Positions 25,517 to 33,912 of a stretch of DNA of 42,345 bases are shown here, piece after piece. The DNA lies in the IMG/VR virus record IMGVR_UViG_3300014613_000011, positions 1 to 42,345 of that record, one strand, 5' to 3'. How positions within the stretch are numbered: position 1 is the first letter of the stretch; every line of letters begins with the position of its first letter. Under the pieces are notes generated by a model that saw nothing but the letters and a program-made list of their open reading frames with translations, searched no databases and was not told where the DNA came from. Source of the stretch: a virus (taxonomy: Duplodnaviria; Caudoviricetes). Position numbers and translations under genes: made by a program.

Positions 25517-27052
25517 CTATACCCTCCTTTCTGGCTTTGGGATTGTAATCTTCTTCTGATACGCACCCTTGAACCATGCCACGCTCAAATGTGAATAGTG
25601 ATCAATAAACCATTGGATATTATCGTCGATTATGAATGTCTCGCACCAATCATCTTTGGTGCGCACCCCACGACCACATGCCTGAATCAATTGCTGCATG
25701 GTGATATAGGAGGTGTAATCCTTGTCAGCTTTACTGCGGGCCTTAAGGATGTTGCCCCTGGAGTCGGGATAGGGGAGCTTGATTATCACCTGCCATCGGC
25801 ACTCATCATCGGGGAAATCCCAGCCTGTAGCCATGGAAGGGCTGACCAGAATCAGGGGGTCCTGTGACGCCTTAAACTGGTGGACCACCATCTCCGTGTC
25901 TTTGTTGCTGTGGGTGATCATATAATCCGCATATTTGGAGGAGGACAAGACCAGATCCCTCCGCTTGTAACTCACAGTGTGGATCACCCCCTTGGTCCCC
26001 ACACGATCCCTGATGATCTGGTCCAGCCGGGACAGCCACTGGCGCTCCTCAGCCGCTCCGTTGCGGTAGTTCATTCGAACGGTGGGGACATGGATCAGGG
26101 GGCGATTGGCAAGCGGAAACGTGTGGGGCCACTCCTCCACCTTGGCGTCATCCACACCCATCAGGTTGGCAGTCTTAGCGACCACGGTGGCCGAAGTGAG
26201 TACCACCTTATCTATCCCCATGAACAGCACTTCTTCGGTGAATGGGGCTGGCCATATGGGGGACAGTCCCACATGATAGTCGTCCTCCTCCCACACCCAG
26301 GTGGCATCGATACTGGTCAGCCGGTCCAATTTCTCCTTGGTACGCTTGAGTTGGAGATAGAGCTTTTCTTTGCGTCTCTCCTTGGCCGACTGGATCTGGT
26401 TGTTCACATCGTCCAATTTGTCACACGCCCAGATGTACCAGCCGTGCGAGGTGTTGGGGAGAGAGTCGTTTAGATCCAGGATCTTAGATTCGATACGGTT
26501 CTTCTTACTAAAATCCACGGCGATGAAGCTGATAACGTGGTCTGGAGCTGAGTGGGCCTCGTCCAGCACCATAAGCTCAAACTTGCCAATTCCGTCACTG
26601 AATCCGTTTTGGCTCATCCAGTAGGCGTAATTGGTGATTATGATCTTGGCTGACTTGGCGCGTCGGAGTTGATCAAAGTAGAAGCAGCCCCCCTCCTCCT
26701 TCATGGAGCACTTCACCCCAAAGACACATGCACCCAAGTCACAATTCACATGGGTATTGAGACGGCATGGGTAGTTACCCCTCCCCCGCATGTCCTCCAC
26801 TTCTGGCATGTGGCCGAAGTCGTTCATGAGCTGGGTCTGCAACCCCTTGGTGGAAGTGAGCAAGACAGCCCGTCCGGGGCTGAGCATGGCGGCGGTCATG
26901 TAGGTCAGGGATTTGCCGAATCCAGTGGGGCAAACCTGAACCAGGAAGCGCTCAGGAGTGTCCACGATCGACTCCACGGCCTCTGACTGATTTTCGCGCC
27001 ACTGGTCAAATTTAGCCGGGAGTCCCAGCATTGCGGGGGGTGGTAATCTCAT
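25517..27052 (-). CDS. DinG/XPD-like superfamily 2 helicase with an Fe-S-type Cys cluster
   Basis: CPTGFGKS, RGRGNYPC..C..C..C..C, DEAH, TSAT, GWDFP and QACGRGVR motifs. Confidence 0.9.
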   Translation of the reverse strand: MRLPPPAMLGLPAKFDQWRENQSEAVESIVDTPERFLVQVCPTGFGKSLTYMTAAMLSPGRAVLLTSTKGLQTQLMNDFGHMPEVEDMRGRGNYPCRLNTHVNCDLGACVFGVKCSMKEEGGCFYFDQLRRAKSAKIIITNYAYWMSQNGFSDGIGKFELMVLDEAHSAPDHVISFIAVDFSKKNRIESKILDLNDSLPNTSHGWYIWACDKLDDVNNQIQSAKERRKEKLYLQLKRTKEKLDRLTSIDATWVWEEDDYHVGLSPIWPAPFTEEVLFMGIDKVVLTSATVVAKTANLMGVDDAKVEEWPHTFPLANRPLIHVPTVRMNYRNGAAEERQWLSRLDQIIRDRVGTKGVIHTVSYKRRDLVLSSSKYADYMITHSNKDTEMVVHQFKASQDPLILVSPSMATGWDFPDDECRWQVIIKLPYPDSRGNILKARSKADKDYTSYITMQQLIQACGRGVRTKDDWCETFIIDDNIQWFIDHYSHLSVAWFKGAYQKKITIPKPERRV

Positions 27053-27067
27053 CCGGTCCTAATCCTC

Positions 27068-27274
27068 CTACTTCACATTTGGAATTTGGTTGATTAAACT
27101 TTTAAGGAATTCAGCATTTTCATGCATCACAAGCCTTACGTCCATTTCTACTGATGTCTTGCTTATTCTTTTGACCTGTGCCAGCACAATAGCCATTTCT
27201 GGAGCTGAATGGGCCAGATCCAATAAGAACTTAATTTTTTCCTTTTGATCTTTATCTAACTTAATAATTGCCAT
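27068..27274 (-). CDS. Hypothetical protein (AT-rich)
   Basis: GGAGGAGG RBS, coupled to the upstream stop. Confidence 0.55.
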   Translation of the reverse strand: MAIIKLDKDQKEKIKFLLDLAHSAPEMAIVLAQVKRISKTSVEMDVRLVMHENAEFLKSLINQIPNVK

Positions 27275-27795
27275 CAGTCCTCCTCCATGTACCCAAGTCC
27301 AGCGCCTCCGGACCCAAGCAGTTTACCATATTTACTCTTTAACTCCTTCTGGTACCTCGACTTCCAATACCCGTCAGGCATCTCAGCTATGTGACGCTGG
27401 ACCATGAGGATCAGCCTCCGTGCTTCCCCATCGGCCCCATTGCTCACATGCCCACTTATCCGGGTGTTGAGCTTCTCAAACACGGTCATAAAGTCGTTGC
27501 TGAACTCCTCGTCCCGCATGATCTCCAGGATGGCGTCCACCTGACCACTCACACTGGGGACATCCTCCAGGGTCTGCAGCCATCGCATGTGCTGATGGAG
27601 GGCGTGTCTGAATAGGTCACCCTTGGTCCTGTACGGGAACTGTTTGGACTGGACCACCTGCTCCACCTGTCGGGCCATGGAGGGCATGCATCGACACCAC
27701 AGACGGGCAGAGTGGCCCTTGGTGTCTCCGGCTGGGATGCGGAATTCGGCTGGGTCCGGACGGCCACTGGGTGGCTTAACGAGTTTCACTGACAT
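27274..27795 (-). CDS. Putative ribbon-helix-helix DNA-binding protein
   Basis: RLWCRCMPSMARQVEQVVQSKQFPYRTKGDLFRHAL fits the RHH strand-helix-helix pattern. Confidence 0.5.
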   Translation of the reverse strand: MSVKLVKPPSGRPDPAEFRIPAGDTKGHSARLWCRCMPSMARQVEQVVQSKQFPYRTKGDLFRHALHQHMRWLQTLEDVPSVSGQVDAILEIMRDEEFSNDFMTVFEKLNTRISGHVSNGADGEARRLILMVQRHIAEMPDGYWKSRYQKELKSKYGKLLGSGGAGLGYMEED

Positions 27796-27991
27796 GTATC
27801 CTCCCCTCTAATATGGCCTCACTCAGCTCCTCCGCAGAGATGCACAGTTGGCCGGACAGAAGGAACAGGCACTTAACCGAATACCCACACTTCTTATTAA
27901 ACACACGGCTCAAGTGGGAGACGGTGTAGCCAGTGATCCCGGACAGCCGGGACAAGTTGACGCTGATTTTGGGTTTGGGATCGTTTTTCAT
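27776..27991 (-). CDS. Small HTH (Cro/XRE-like) protein
   Basis: LSRLSGITGYTVSHLSRVFN. ATG at 27991 coupled to the endolysin stop. Confidence 0.6.
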   Translation of the reverse strand: MKNDPKPKISVNLSRLSGITGYTVSHLSRVFNKKCGYSVKCLFLLSGQLCISAEELSEAILEGRIHVSETR

Positions 27992-28464
27992 GGTTTGTAC
28001 ACCAGGGCCTTTCCTACTTGAACGTTGGAATCCAGGTGAATCCATCCACCCTCTTGGTCCTCCATTCTCAATCCCTCCATTTGTAACATGGGAACGATCT
28101 GTGCACGAACCCTGGCACATCCGGTGGGTCCCAGGTGTCCCAAGGCATGAAGATCTGCAGCTTCCCCAGGAATGTGGGATGAGGACTCAGCACCGCCAAC
28201 AAAGCTGTTGTAATCCTTGCCGTGGCAGATGGACCCCATGCAATCGACCCAGGTAGGCCTGATCCAACAATGGATGATGAACGGAGCCTTCACCCTCATC
28301 CGGATGTTGTCCATCTTACCTGCCAGAGCCACAATGTTGATCTTCTCAATCGTGCTGGGTCGGTGGTACACCCTCCAGGAGGGGAGCCACAACGCCTCGT
28401 GCACCCTGAAAAAGCGGCTGATCTTTGCCTCCGGATCACTCCAATCGATCTCTGTCCACTCCAT
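27988..28464 (-). CDS. Peptidase M15-family endolysin
   Basis: SRFF, WIRP...YN..VGGAESSSH..GEAAD and WIHLD zinc-peptidase motifs. Confidence 0.85.
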   Translation of the reverse strand: MEWTEIDWSDPEAKISRFFRVHEALWLPSWRVYHRPSTIEKINIVALAGKMDNIRMRVKAPFIIHCWIRPTWVDCMGSICHGKDYNSFVGGAESSSHIPGEAADLHALGHLGPTGCARVRAQIVPMLQMEGLRMEDQEGGWIHLDSNVQVGKALVYKP

Positions 28465-28494
28465 GTCCCCTCCCTCTCATTGTGTTATAGACAA

Positions 28495-28524
28495 AGAATA
28501 TCAGCCCTGGTCGATGCGTGTCAA
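28495..28524 (-). promoter_or_regulatory. Sigma-70-type promoter for the endolysin/replication operon
   Basis: TTGACA-N18-TATTCT with an extended -10 TG. Confidence 0.6.
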
Positions 28525-28530
28525 TAGGAT

Positions 28531-28559
28531 TTGTGTGAGAAACAACGGGGTGGTATAGT
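28531..28559 (+). promoter_or_regulatory. Sigma-70-type promoter for the purZ island (divergent)
   Basis: TTGTGT-N17-TATAGT with an extended -10 TG. Confidence 0.55.
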
Positions 28560-28677
28560 GGGGGTGGATCAAGGGAAAAAGGAAGGAGGATGGGATGCTG
28601 AGTCTGATTATCTTTTTCGGTTCGGTTTTTCTGGCAACACATCTGGCCCAGAAAATGTGGGTGAGGAAAAACCAGCA

Positions 28678-28748
28678 GCGCACGAACGCACAACGCACAA
28701 CGCACGGCGTTCAGCTTGTCACGAATGGTGGGCCTACCAAGAAAGGAA
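28678..28748 (-). repeat. Conserved element, copy B (inverted relative to copy A)
   Basis: - strand TTCCTTTCTTGGTAG-N11-GTGACAAGCTGAACG-N3-TGCGTTGTGCGTTGTGCGTTCGTGCGC. Confidence 0.85.
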
Positions 28749-28757
28749 GAGACACGG

Positions 28758-29015
28758 ATGAGGACGAACGACCAGCTCCGGGTTAGGCTCCACGAGATCG
28801 ACCAAGCGCTGGATTGCCAACTCCCCCGCAACGAAAGGAGGAATCTGAATCGGGAGGGTGAACGGATCAGGGTGAGGTTGGATGGGCGGGATCCCCTGTG
28901 GTCCATAGGGCAGGGGATAACGCACCCTGGCCCTTTAAAAAAGGAATGGGCGACGAAGAAAGCAGCGGTTAACATACTTACTTTACTGGAGGACACATGC
29001 AAAAGGGTAAAATGA
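28758..29015 (+). CDS. Hypothetical protein upstream of purZ
   Basis: ATG at 28758 after AAAGGA. Overlaps the purZ start. Confidence 0.55.
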   Translation: MRTNDQLRVRLHEIDQALDCQLPRNERRNLNREGERIRVRLDGRDPLWSIGQGITHPGPLKKEWATKKAAVNILTLLEDTCKRVK

Positions 29016-30130
29016 ATATAGTTCTTGGAGGCCAGGCCGGTTCGGAGGCCAAGGGGAAACTGTCAGCTTTCCTCTGTGACAACTACCCGGTGGACATGAT
29101 CGTGATGACAGCCAGCCCCAACGCAGGTCACACTGTGATCATGCCCAACGGGGATAAGAAGGTGAGTTACCACCTCCCCATCGGATCGGTCATGTGTGAC
29201 TGCCCCATCGTGCTGACGGCGGCAAGTCTGCTTAACCTGGAGACGTTTGCTGCGGAGATCGTGGCGCTGGGGATCGACCCTCGACGAATCATAGTTGATC
29301 CCAGGGCCGCCATTATCGTCCCCGGTGACATCGCCAGAGAGCATGCCGCTGGGCTGTCCGACATCGGATCCACGCTCCAAGGGATTGGGGAGACGCGGAT
29401 GGGTAAGATGACGCGGGTGGAGGGGTTCGTGACCTTTGCTGCTGTGGCTCGCCACTTCTGTGAGGAGACAGGGGTGCAACTGTCCATGATCCCCACCAGC
29501 AAGATTATCAACTACGCCCTGGACCGGGGAACCACCGTCCTGTGTGAGATGACCCAAGGTTTTGATCTCGACCTGGAGCACGGGATTCACCCCCGCTACT
29601 GCACCAGTAAAATGATCAATCCGTCCATGGCCATGGCCGAGGCTGGGGTGTCTCCCCGCCGAGTCGGTGAGATCTATGCTGTGATCCGGCCCTTCCCGAT
29701 CCGGGTTAACAATCGAACCGGCACCAGTGGTCCCTATGCCGAGGCTCAGGAGATCACCTGGGAGAAGGTAGCGGAGTCATGTGGGCACCCGTCCTCTCTC
29801 CCCTTTGAGCCGGGGGGAACGGTCCATGAGCCGTTGGCCGAAATCACCACCACGACCAAGCTCCCCCGCCGCGTCTTTGAGTTCTCCTGGGAACGTTTCC
29901 ACCACATGATCCAAGTGTGCGCTCCCACCTCCATCTGTCTCCAGTTTGCCAACTATGTGGACTGGGAGGTGTACGAGGCCAAGGGCAACTGGGACAATCT
30001 CACCTATCTGGTCCAGGAATTCATTCTCACCCTGAAACATGAGAGTGGGGTTCCGGTGGAATTCGTTGGGACGGGGCCGGGACACGATCACATGATCCAT
30101 CTTCACCGAGGACTGAGAAGGGAGGGGTAA
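28997..30130 (+). CDS. purZ: PurZ-type N6-succino-2-amino-dAMP synthetase (PurA paralog)
   Basis: GQAGSEAKGK has Ser where PurA has the catalytic Asp (GDEGKGK). Also SPNAGHT, GST..G, QGF.L...HG..YCTS, PIRVNNR, TTTTKLPRRVFEFS, LQFANY (not KLD) and GTGP. Confidence 0.85.
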   Translation: MQKGKMNIVLGGQAGSEAKGKLSAFLCDNYPVDMIVMTASPNAGHTVIMPNGDKKVSYHLPIGSVMCDCPIVLTAASLLNLETFAAEIVALGIDPRRIIVDPRAAIIVPGDIAREHAAGLSDIGSTLQGIGETRMGKMTRVEGFVTFAAVARHFCEETGVQLSMIPTSKIINYALDRGTTVLCEMTQGFDLDLEHGIHPRYCTSKMINPSMAMAEAGVSPRRVGEIYAVIRPFPIRVNNRTGTSGPYAEAQEITWEKVAESCGHPSSLPFEPGGTVHEPLAEITTTTKLPRRVFEFSWERFHHMIQVCAPTSICLQFANYVDWEVYEAKGNWDNLTYLVQEFILTLKHESGVPVEFVGTGPGHDHMIHLHRGLRREG

Positions 30131-30132
30131 CC

Positions 30133-30765
30133 ATGGCTAAGCCTGGAATCACAACACATAAGCAGGATGGTCCGGTGCGGGGATGCTGGTGCTTTTACTG
30201 TGAGGAGCTGAGGGTGCTGGCTGATGATCGTGACCCCAAACCGGGGGAGATGGTGCTTCACCCCATTCCCCACAAACCGTGTGAGGATGAAGTGGACAGG
30301 GAGACGATCAACCACACCATGGTTGAGCACGGACAGGTTATGGACGGTGCTGAGGACTCCCGCACCGATCCCCGCTTTGACGACATGATCGGATTCATCC
30401 CCTTCGCCTACCACCTGCTTCCCACGGACGGGTTGGCTAAGGTTGCCGCCATCATGCGCAAAGGTGAGATCAGTGGCAGACCCAGTGACGGTTGGAGAGT
30501 GGTTCCGGTGGAGGAGCAGATCAACCATGCCATCTCCCACCTCACCGCTTACCTTGCAGGTCGGGGAAGTGACCACTTGGCACATGCCGGATGCAGAGTC
30601 CTCATGGCCTTGGACTTGGAGCGTGACCCCGTGATGGGAGCCGGAGAGCGTGACACCCTATACCGGAAGGCTCTGGGGCAACTGTTACGGGCTGCTGGGC
30701 GGGAGGAGGGGCCTGACTGGGCAGAGCAGGTGGGAGGACCGATGGTGGATCTGACCACCGAGTAA
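30133..30765 (+). CDS. dATP/dGTP diphosphohydrolase N-terminal-like domain protein (dGTP_diPhyd_N / DUF5664-like)
   Basis: YHLLPTDGLAKVA.IM..G...GWR...INHAISHL.AY...DHLAHAGCR.LM pattern. Directly after purZ. Confidence 0.72.
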   Translation: MAKPGITTHKQDGPVRGCWCFYCEELRVLADDRDPKPGEMVLHPIPHKPCEDEVDRETINHTMVEHGQVMDGAEDSRTDPRFDDMIGFIPFAYHLLPTDGLAKVAAIMRKGEISGRPSDGWRVVPVEEQINHAISHLTAYLAGRGSDHLAHAGCRVLMALDLERDPVMGAGERDTLYRKALGQLLRAAGREEGPDWAEQVGGPMVDLTTE

Positions 30766-30795
30766 TGTCCCGTAGTGTCTCCGTAGTTGAAGACG

Positions 30796-30835
30796 AAGAA
30801 GGCCGGCACCCCAACGGGCGTCGGCCTTCTTGTTT
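30796..30835. terminator. Probable bidirectional terminator between convergent units
   Basis: AAGAAGGCCGGC ... GTCGGCCTTCTT inverted repeat followed by GTTT. Confidence 0.65.
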
Positions 30836-30855
30836 AGTGAGAGTGGAAGGGAGAG

Positions 30856-31104
30856 CTACGGGATGAGTCGCTTCATCTCGTCCCAGCACTGGGCCAGCTT
30901 CTCCGCTAACAGGTCCCCGTAAAAGGTCTGGAGTTCCCAGTCACATAGAAACTGAATGATGCGCTCCTTCCGGTCCTGCCGCTTTACCTCTATTTCCGCG
31001 TCGGCTTTGTTGACGAAGATCTTGGTCCCCACCCGAAAGGCTGTAATAGGGGTGATGGTCATATTAGGTGCCATGGGTCCTCCTGGGAGCTGGGCTATGG
31101 TCAC
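30856..31104 (-). CDS. Hypothetical protein
   Basis: Last ORF of the - strand unit. The start may be the internal ATG after AGGAGG. Confidence 0.5.
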   Translation of the reverse strand: MTIAQLPGGPMAPNMTITPITAFRVGTKIFVNKADAEIEVKRQDRKERIIQFLCDWELQTFYGDLLAEKLAQCWDEMKRLIP

Positions 31105-31460
31105 TTGGACCGTTTAAATTCGATGTAGTCGGTGGCGTAAGTGCTGGTGGCCTCCTGGATGGCCGACTCGATGAGGGTGATGTCTACCCCCTTGGTGAGC
31201 AGGGCGATCTTGAGCTTCTCCGCACTGATCTTGGAGCCGGAGGCGGTCTTGACCACCACCTTTCCCACACCGGGGACGTCAAAACCCTTGGCCCTGTTGG
31301 TGATGAGGATGGGGTGGATAAGCTCGTCACCCCTGGACTTGAGCGCCTTGGCGTCGTCCTCCATGGACTTGGCGCGAGACCGTAGGTTGATCCCCTCCGT
31401 TATGAGTTCCTGGTCGTCCGGACTTAGATCCGGGTTGACCCATTCCACTTTCTTAGCCAT
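31101..31460 (-). CDS. Hypothetical protein (coiled-coil N-terminus, MAKKVEW...)
   Basis: AGGAGGAG RBS before the ATG at 31460. Confidence 0.65.
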   Translation of the reverse strand: MAKKVEWVNPDLSPDDQELITEGINLRSRAKSMEDDAKALKSRGDELIHPILITNRAKGFDVPGVGKVVVKTASGSKISAEKLKIALLTKGVDITLIESAIQEATSTYATDYIEFKRSK

Positions 31461-31800
31461 GGGATAACTCCTCCTGTAGTTTGGCGATTCGGGCTTTGAT
31501 GCGCCGGTCTGCACTCTTGGCCCTGAGATCGGAGTCGTGTACGGTCCGGTAACGTTTAGCGGCTGCACTTCTCCGTTTGGTGATAATGACCGGATCACGC
31601 CCCCATTCGTCATAACGATCTACTGATTCCATGAGAGGGCCTATGGCCTGTCTCCATGCAGCTCGTGACTCCTGGGGGTCGATCCCTGACCGCTCACAGG
31701 CTCCGCATACCAGCATCCGGTTGATCTCGTAATCCAGGAACTGAAAAGCGGTCAGGTGTTCATCGACGATGCCAGCCATGGTGCGCTTGGCTATGTCCAC
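31453..31800 (-). CDS. Hypothetical protein (3' part of track ORF 31453..32184)
   Basis: Fills the gap between neighbours. Start at GTG 31800 or ATG 31779, uncertain. Confidence 0.45.
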   Translation of the reverse strand: MDIAKRTMAGIVDEHLTAFQFLDYEINRMLVCGACERSGIDPQESRAAWRQAIGPLMESVDRYDEWGRDPVIITKRRSAAAKRYRTVHDSDLRAKSADRRIKARIAKLQEELSHG

Positions 31801-31853
31801 GTTCCGCTGACAGCCACTGACAGTGACCGTGGCTGACAGCGGGACGCACTGGA

Positions 31854-32702
31854 TTAGTCGGAGGTCAGGTTGGTCAGGCTGGCCGCAACCTTCTTGGGCT
31901 TCGCCTTGGCCTTCGCCTTGGGCTTGGGGTTGTTCCCTCCGATCTCCATGTCCGGATGGTTCTCCTCTATCAGAGCCGCAATGTCCGTGCTGGACGTCAG
32001 GGTGTTGACCGGTCCCGGAATCGAAGGATCGGCCTTCCCGGAGTTTTTTGAGGTGGCCTTGGCCGGGGTCTTGGGTTTGGGTTCGGGCTTGTCCTTCGCC
32101 TTGGCTGCTCTGACGGCTTTGGCCTCCACAGCTTTCTCCAGCTTGGCTTGGGCCAGCATGGTGAGTTCTCGTCCCTTGACCCAATCGGACAGGTCCTTGG
32201 CTCCCTCAACCCCATTCTGCAGGTCGAAGATAACACCGGTGGCCTGTTTCAGGTCGAACAGGGTAAGACCGTGCTGGGTGTGGGACATCTTGGCCGAGGA
32301 GCGGAGCGCCATGCGGTACAGGAGTTCAAGGGCGAAGCCGAGATCGTTACCCGTGCCCTCGTTGATCTCCACCTCCACGACTCCCTCGCTGGCTCCCCAG
32401 TCGAGTTCGGGGAGAATGGAGCAGCCCATCTTGGTGAAGCAGACGTGGCAACGGTTGAAGAAACGGCCAAACGCCTGGGCGTCGGACACCTCGATCTGGA
32501 TGAGTCCGATGGTGGCACCGTTGAGCTTGAGCGCCTTGATCACCTCCTCCGTCGCGGCCTGGATGTGGATGTTGGCCTGGGTCTTCTTGTCAAAGTCCAG
32601 GGCGAGACGGGTTTTGGTCTTGAGATGGGTGGCCTTAAACACGGTGTCGGCCTTGAGCGGGTTGGTTCCCTGGGACATCTCGATAGTCATGGTTCCTTTC
32701 AT
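31854..32702 (-). CDS. Hypothetical protein with a K/A/P-rich C-terminus
   Basis: CAGGAGGAACCACCATG start, directly after a consensus sigma-70 promoter. Confidence 0.75.
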   Translation of the reverse strand: MKGTMTIEMSQGTNPLKADTVFKATHLKTKTRLALDFDKKTQANIHIQAATEEVIKALKLNGATIGLIQIEVSDAQAFGRFFNRCHVCFTKMGCSILPELDWGASEGVVEVEINEGTGNDLGFALELLYRMALRSSAKMSHTQHGLTLFDLKQATGVIFDLQNGVEGAKDLSDWVKGRELTMLAQAKLEKAVEAKAVRAAKAKDKPEPKPKTPAKATSKNSGKADPSIPGPVNTLTSSTDIAALIEENHPDMEIGGNNPKPKAKAKAKPKKVAASLTNLTSD

Positions 32703-32789
32703 GGTGGTTCCTCCTGTGTGGTGGGCGTTCGGCCCTTTGAGTGATGTGGTGCGTCTAATCCCTATCCTATTTTCAGTATACCAATTTTC

Positions 32790-32818
32790 AGTATACCAAC
32801 TCCCAGATTAGGTGTCAA
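32790..32818 (-). promoter_or_regulatory. Near-consensus sigma-70 promoter
   Basis: TTGACA-N17-TATACT with an extended -10 TG. The -10 lies inside a 15-bp tandem duplication (32769-32798). Confidence 0.85.
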
Positions 32819-33032
32819 TCCCCAATCTTTGTTTGATGGACAAGAACTCCAAATCGTTTGGACCGTAGGGGCGCGAATCCCCCATACTGGATCGTGAACC
32901 GCGTGACGCGGTGACGGTGGGGGTGGACCGTAACCCCTGACACACTGAGCACCATTCGGGGATCATGCCGTGCTTGCAGCGTGTGAACCTGGGCTGACGT
33001 TCGGGTGCGGATGCGGATAGCTGACTACTCAT
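32808..33032 (-). CDS. Small hypothetical protein (CKH...CSVC)
   Basis: AAGGAG RBS. Confidence 0.55.
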   Translation of the reverse strand: MSSQLSASAPERQPRFTRCKHGMIPEWCSVCQGLRSTPTVTASRGSRSSMGDSRPYGPNDLEFLSIKQRLGIDT

Positions 33033-33061
33033 GGCTTAACTCCTTATAGTTGTGGTGGCGG

Positions 33062-33292
33062 TTATACCTTTCCTACCAGTTGAAACACGGTTTCCTCGAT
33101 GGCCCTCAGTGTCTGGGCGCATGCCTTTTTGGTGAGGCCGGTGGCGATGGTCCGACCGCTTACCGTTTCAATGGTCCAGTAGTCGCACTGGCGAAAAGCG
33201 TGGATCCTAAACGCCTTACCTGCTTCGCGACATTGGGTGTTGATGCGCTTGACTTCCATAGCCAATTGTGCGTCTGTGGTCCTGGTTCCCAT
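33062..33292 (-). CDS. Small early hypothetical protein
   Basis: CAGGAGGAACCACCATG start. Confidence 0.65.
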   Translation of the reverse strand: MGTRTTDAQLAMEVKRINTQCREAGKAFRIHAFRQCDYWTIETVSGRTIATGLTKKACAQTLRAIEETVFQLVGKV

Positions 33293-33313
33293 GGTGGTTC
33301 CTCCTGATTGTGG

Positions 33314-33436
33314 TTAACTTCGTTCGATACAGTACCCCAGCTTAAGGTACAGGTCCTCAAGACCCCGGACCCCGTAATCAACTAAGGTTCGGTAAATACG
33401 CCCGTCTCGGATCTGGATTCGGTACAGTCTGATCAC
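33314..33436 (-). CDS. Small hypothetical protein (40 aa, MIRLYRIQIRDG...)
   Basis: GGAGGAG RBS before the GTG at 33436. Confidence 0.45.
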   Translation of the reverse strand: MIRLYRIQIRDGRIYRTLVDYGVRGLEDLYLKLGYCIERS

Positions 33437-33516
33437 GGTGACTCCTCCATGTTGGGGTGATTGGGGTGGGAGCCGGTGTCGACCCCCACCTGTTAACTTG
33501 CAAAATCCGCGCCAGA

Positions 33517-33885
33517 TTAGACGACCCCGTTGGTCCCCTTGCGAGGCGGTATCACCCACTGATACCCGCAGCCGCAGGAGCCGAGGCAAGATCCGTCCTC
33601 AAACATCTCAGTGGCTCCACTGGACAGGTTCTCATGGCAGCGGGGACAGTTGGTCCGCCTGTCATCCTGGGAGCGGACCACCATCCAGGCGTTGTCCTGG
33701 GTGACGTATCCATGGTCATACAGTCCGTATTTGACCGGGATCTGGAACCGGTCCGGACTTCGCTTCCACAGCTTGACTTGTCCGTTGACTCTCCAACGCT
33801 GGGGGGTTCCGTCCGCATTGTAGTCGTGGAGTGAGTGGATGATGTCTCCCGGCTTCAGGGTTTTGGCCTGTTCGATGGTGATCAT
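33517..33885 (-). CDS. Hypothetical phage protein with C-terminal Cys motifs
   Basis: NADGTPQRWRVNG..K.WKR...F.IPVKYGLY pattern. AAGGGG RBS. Confidence 0.65.
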   Translation of the reverse strand: MITIEQAKTLKPGDIIHSLHDYNADGTPQRWRVNGQVKLWKRSPDRFQIPVKYGLYDHGYVTQDNAWMVVRSQDDRRTNCPRCHENLSSGATEMFEDGSCLGSCGCGYQWVIPPRKGTNGVV

Positions 33886-33912
33886 GGTTTCCCCTTTCAT
33901 TCGTGGTGGTGA

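Noticed and set aside
23705-27052. Type IV CRISPR-like module (DinG plus Cas4-like nuclease)
   Set aside because: There is no array and no Cas5/6/7-like gene. The context is a phage replication/recombination operon.
28595-28786. 63-aa membrane ORF upstream of the purZ island
   Set aside because: It has an RBS and a hydrophobic start, but its 3' half is the conserved DNA element copy B. Coding status is unresolved, so I did not call it.
28997-30130. Ordinary purA auxiliary metabolic gene
   Set aside because: The catalytic Asp is Ser, the KLD motif is absent, and the neighbouring gene is a Z-pathway-type hydrolase.
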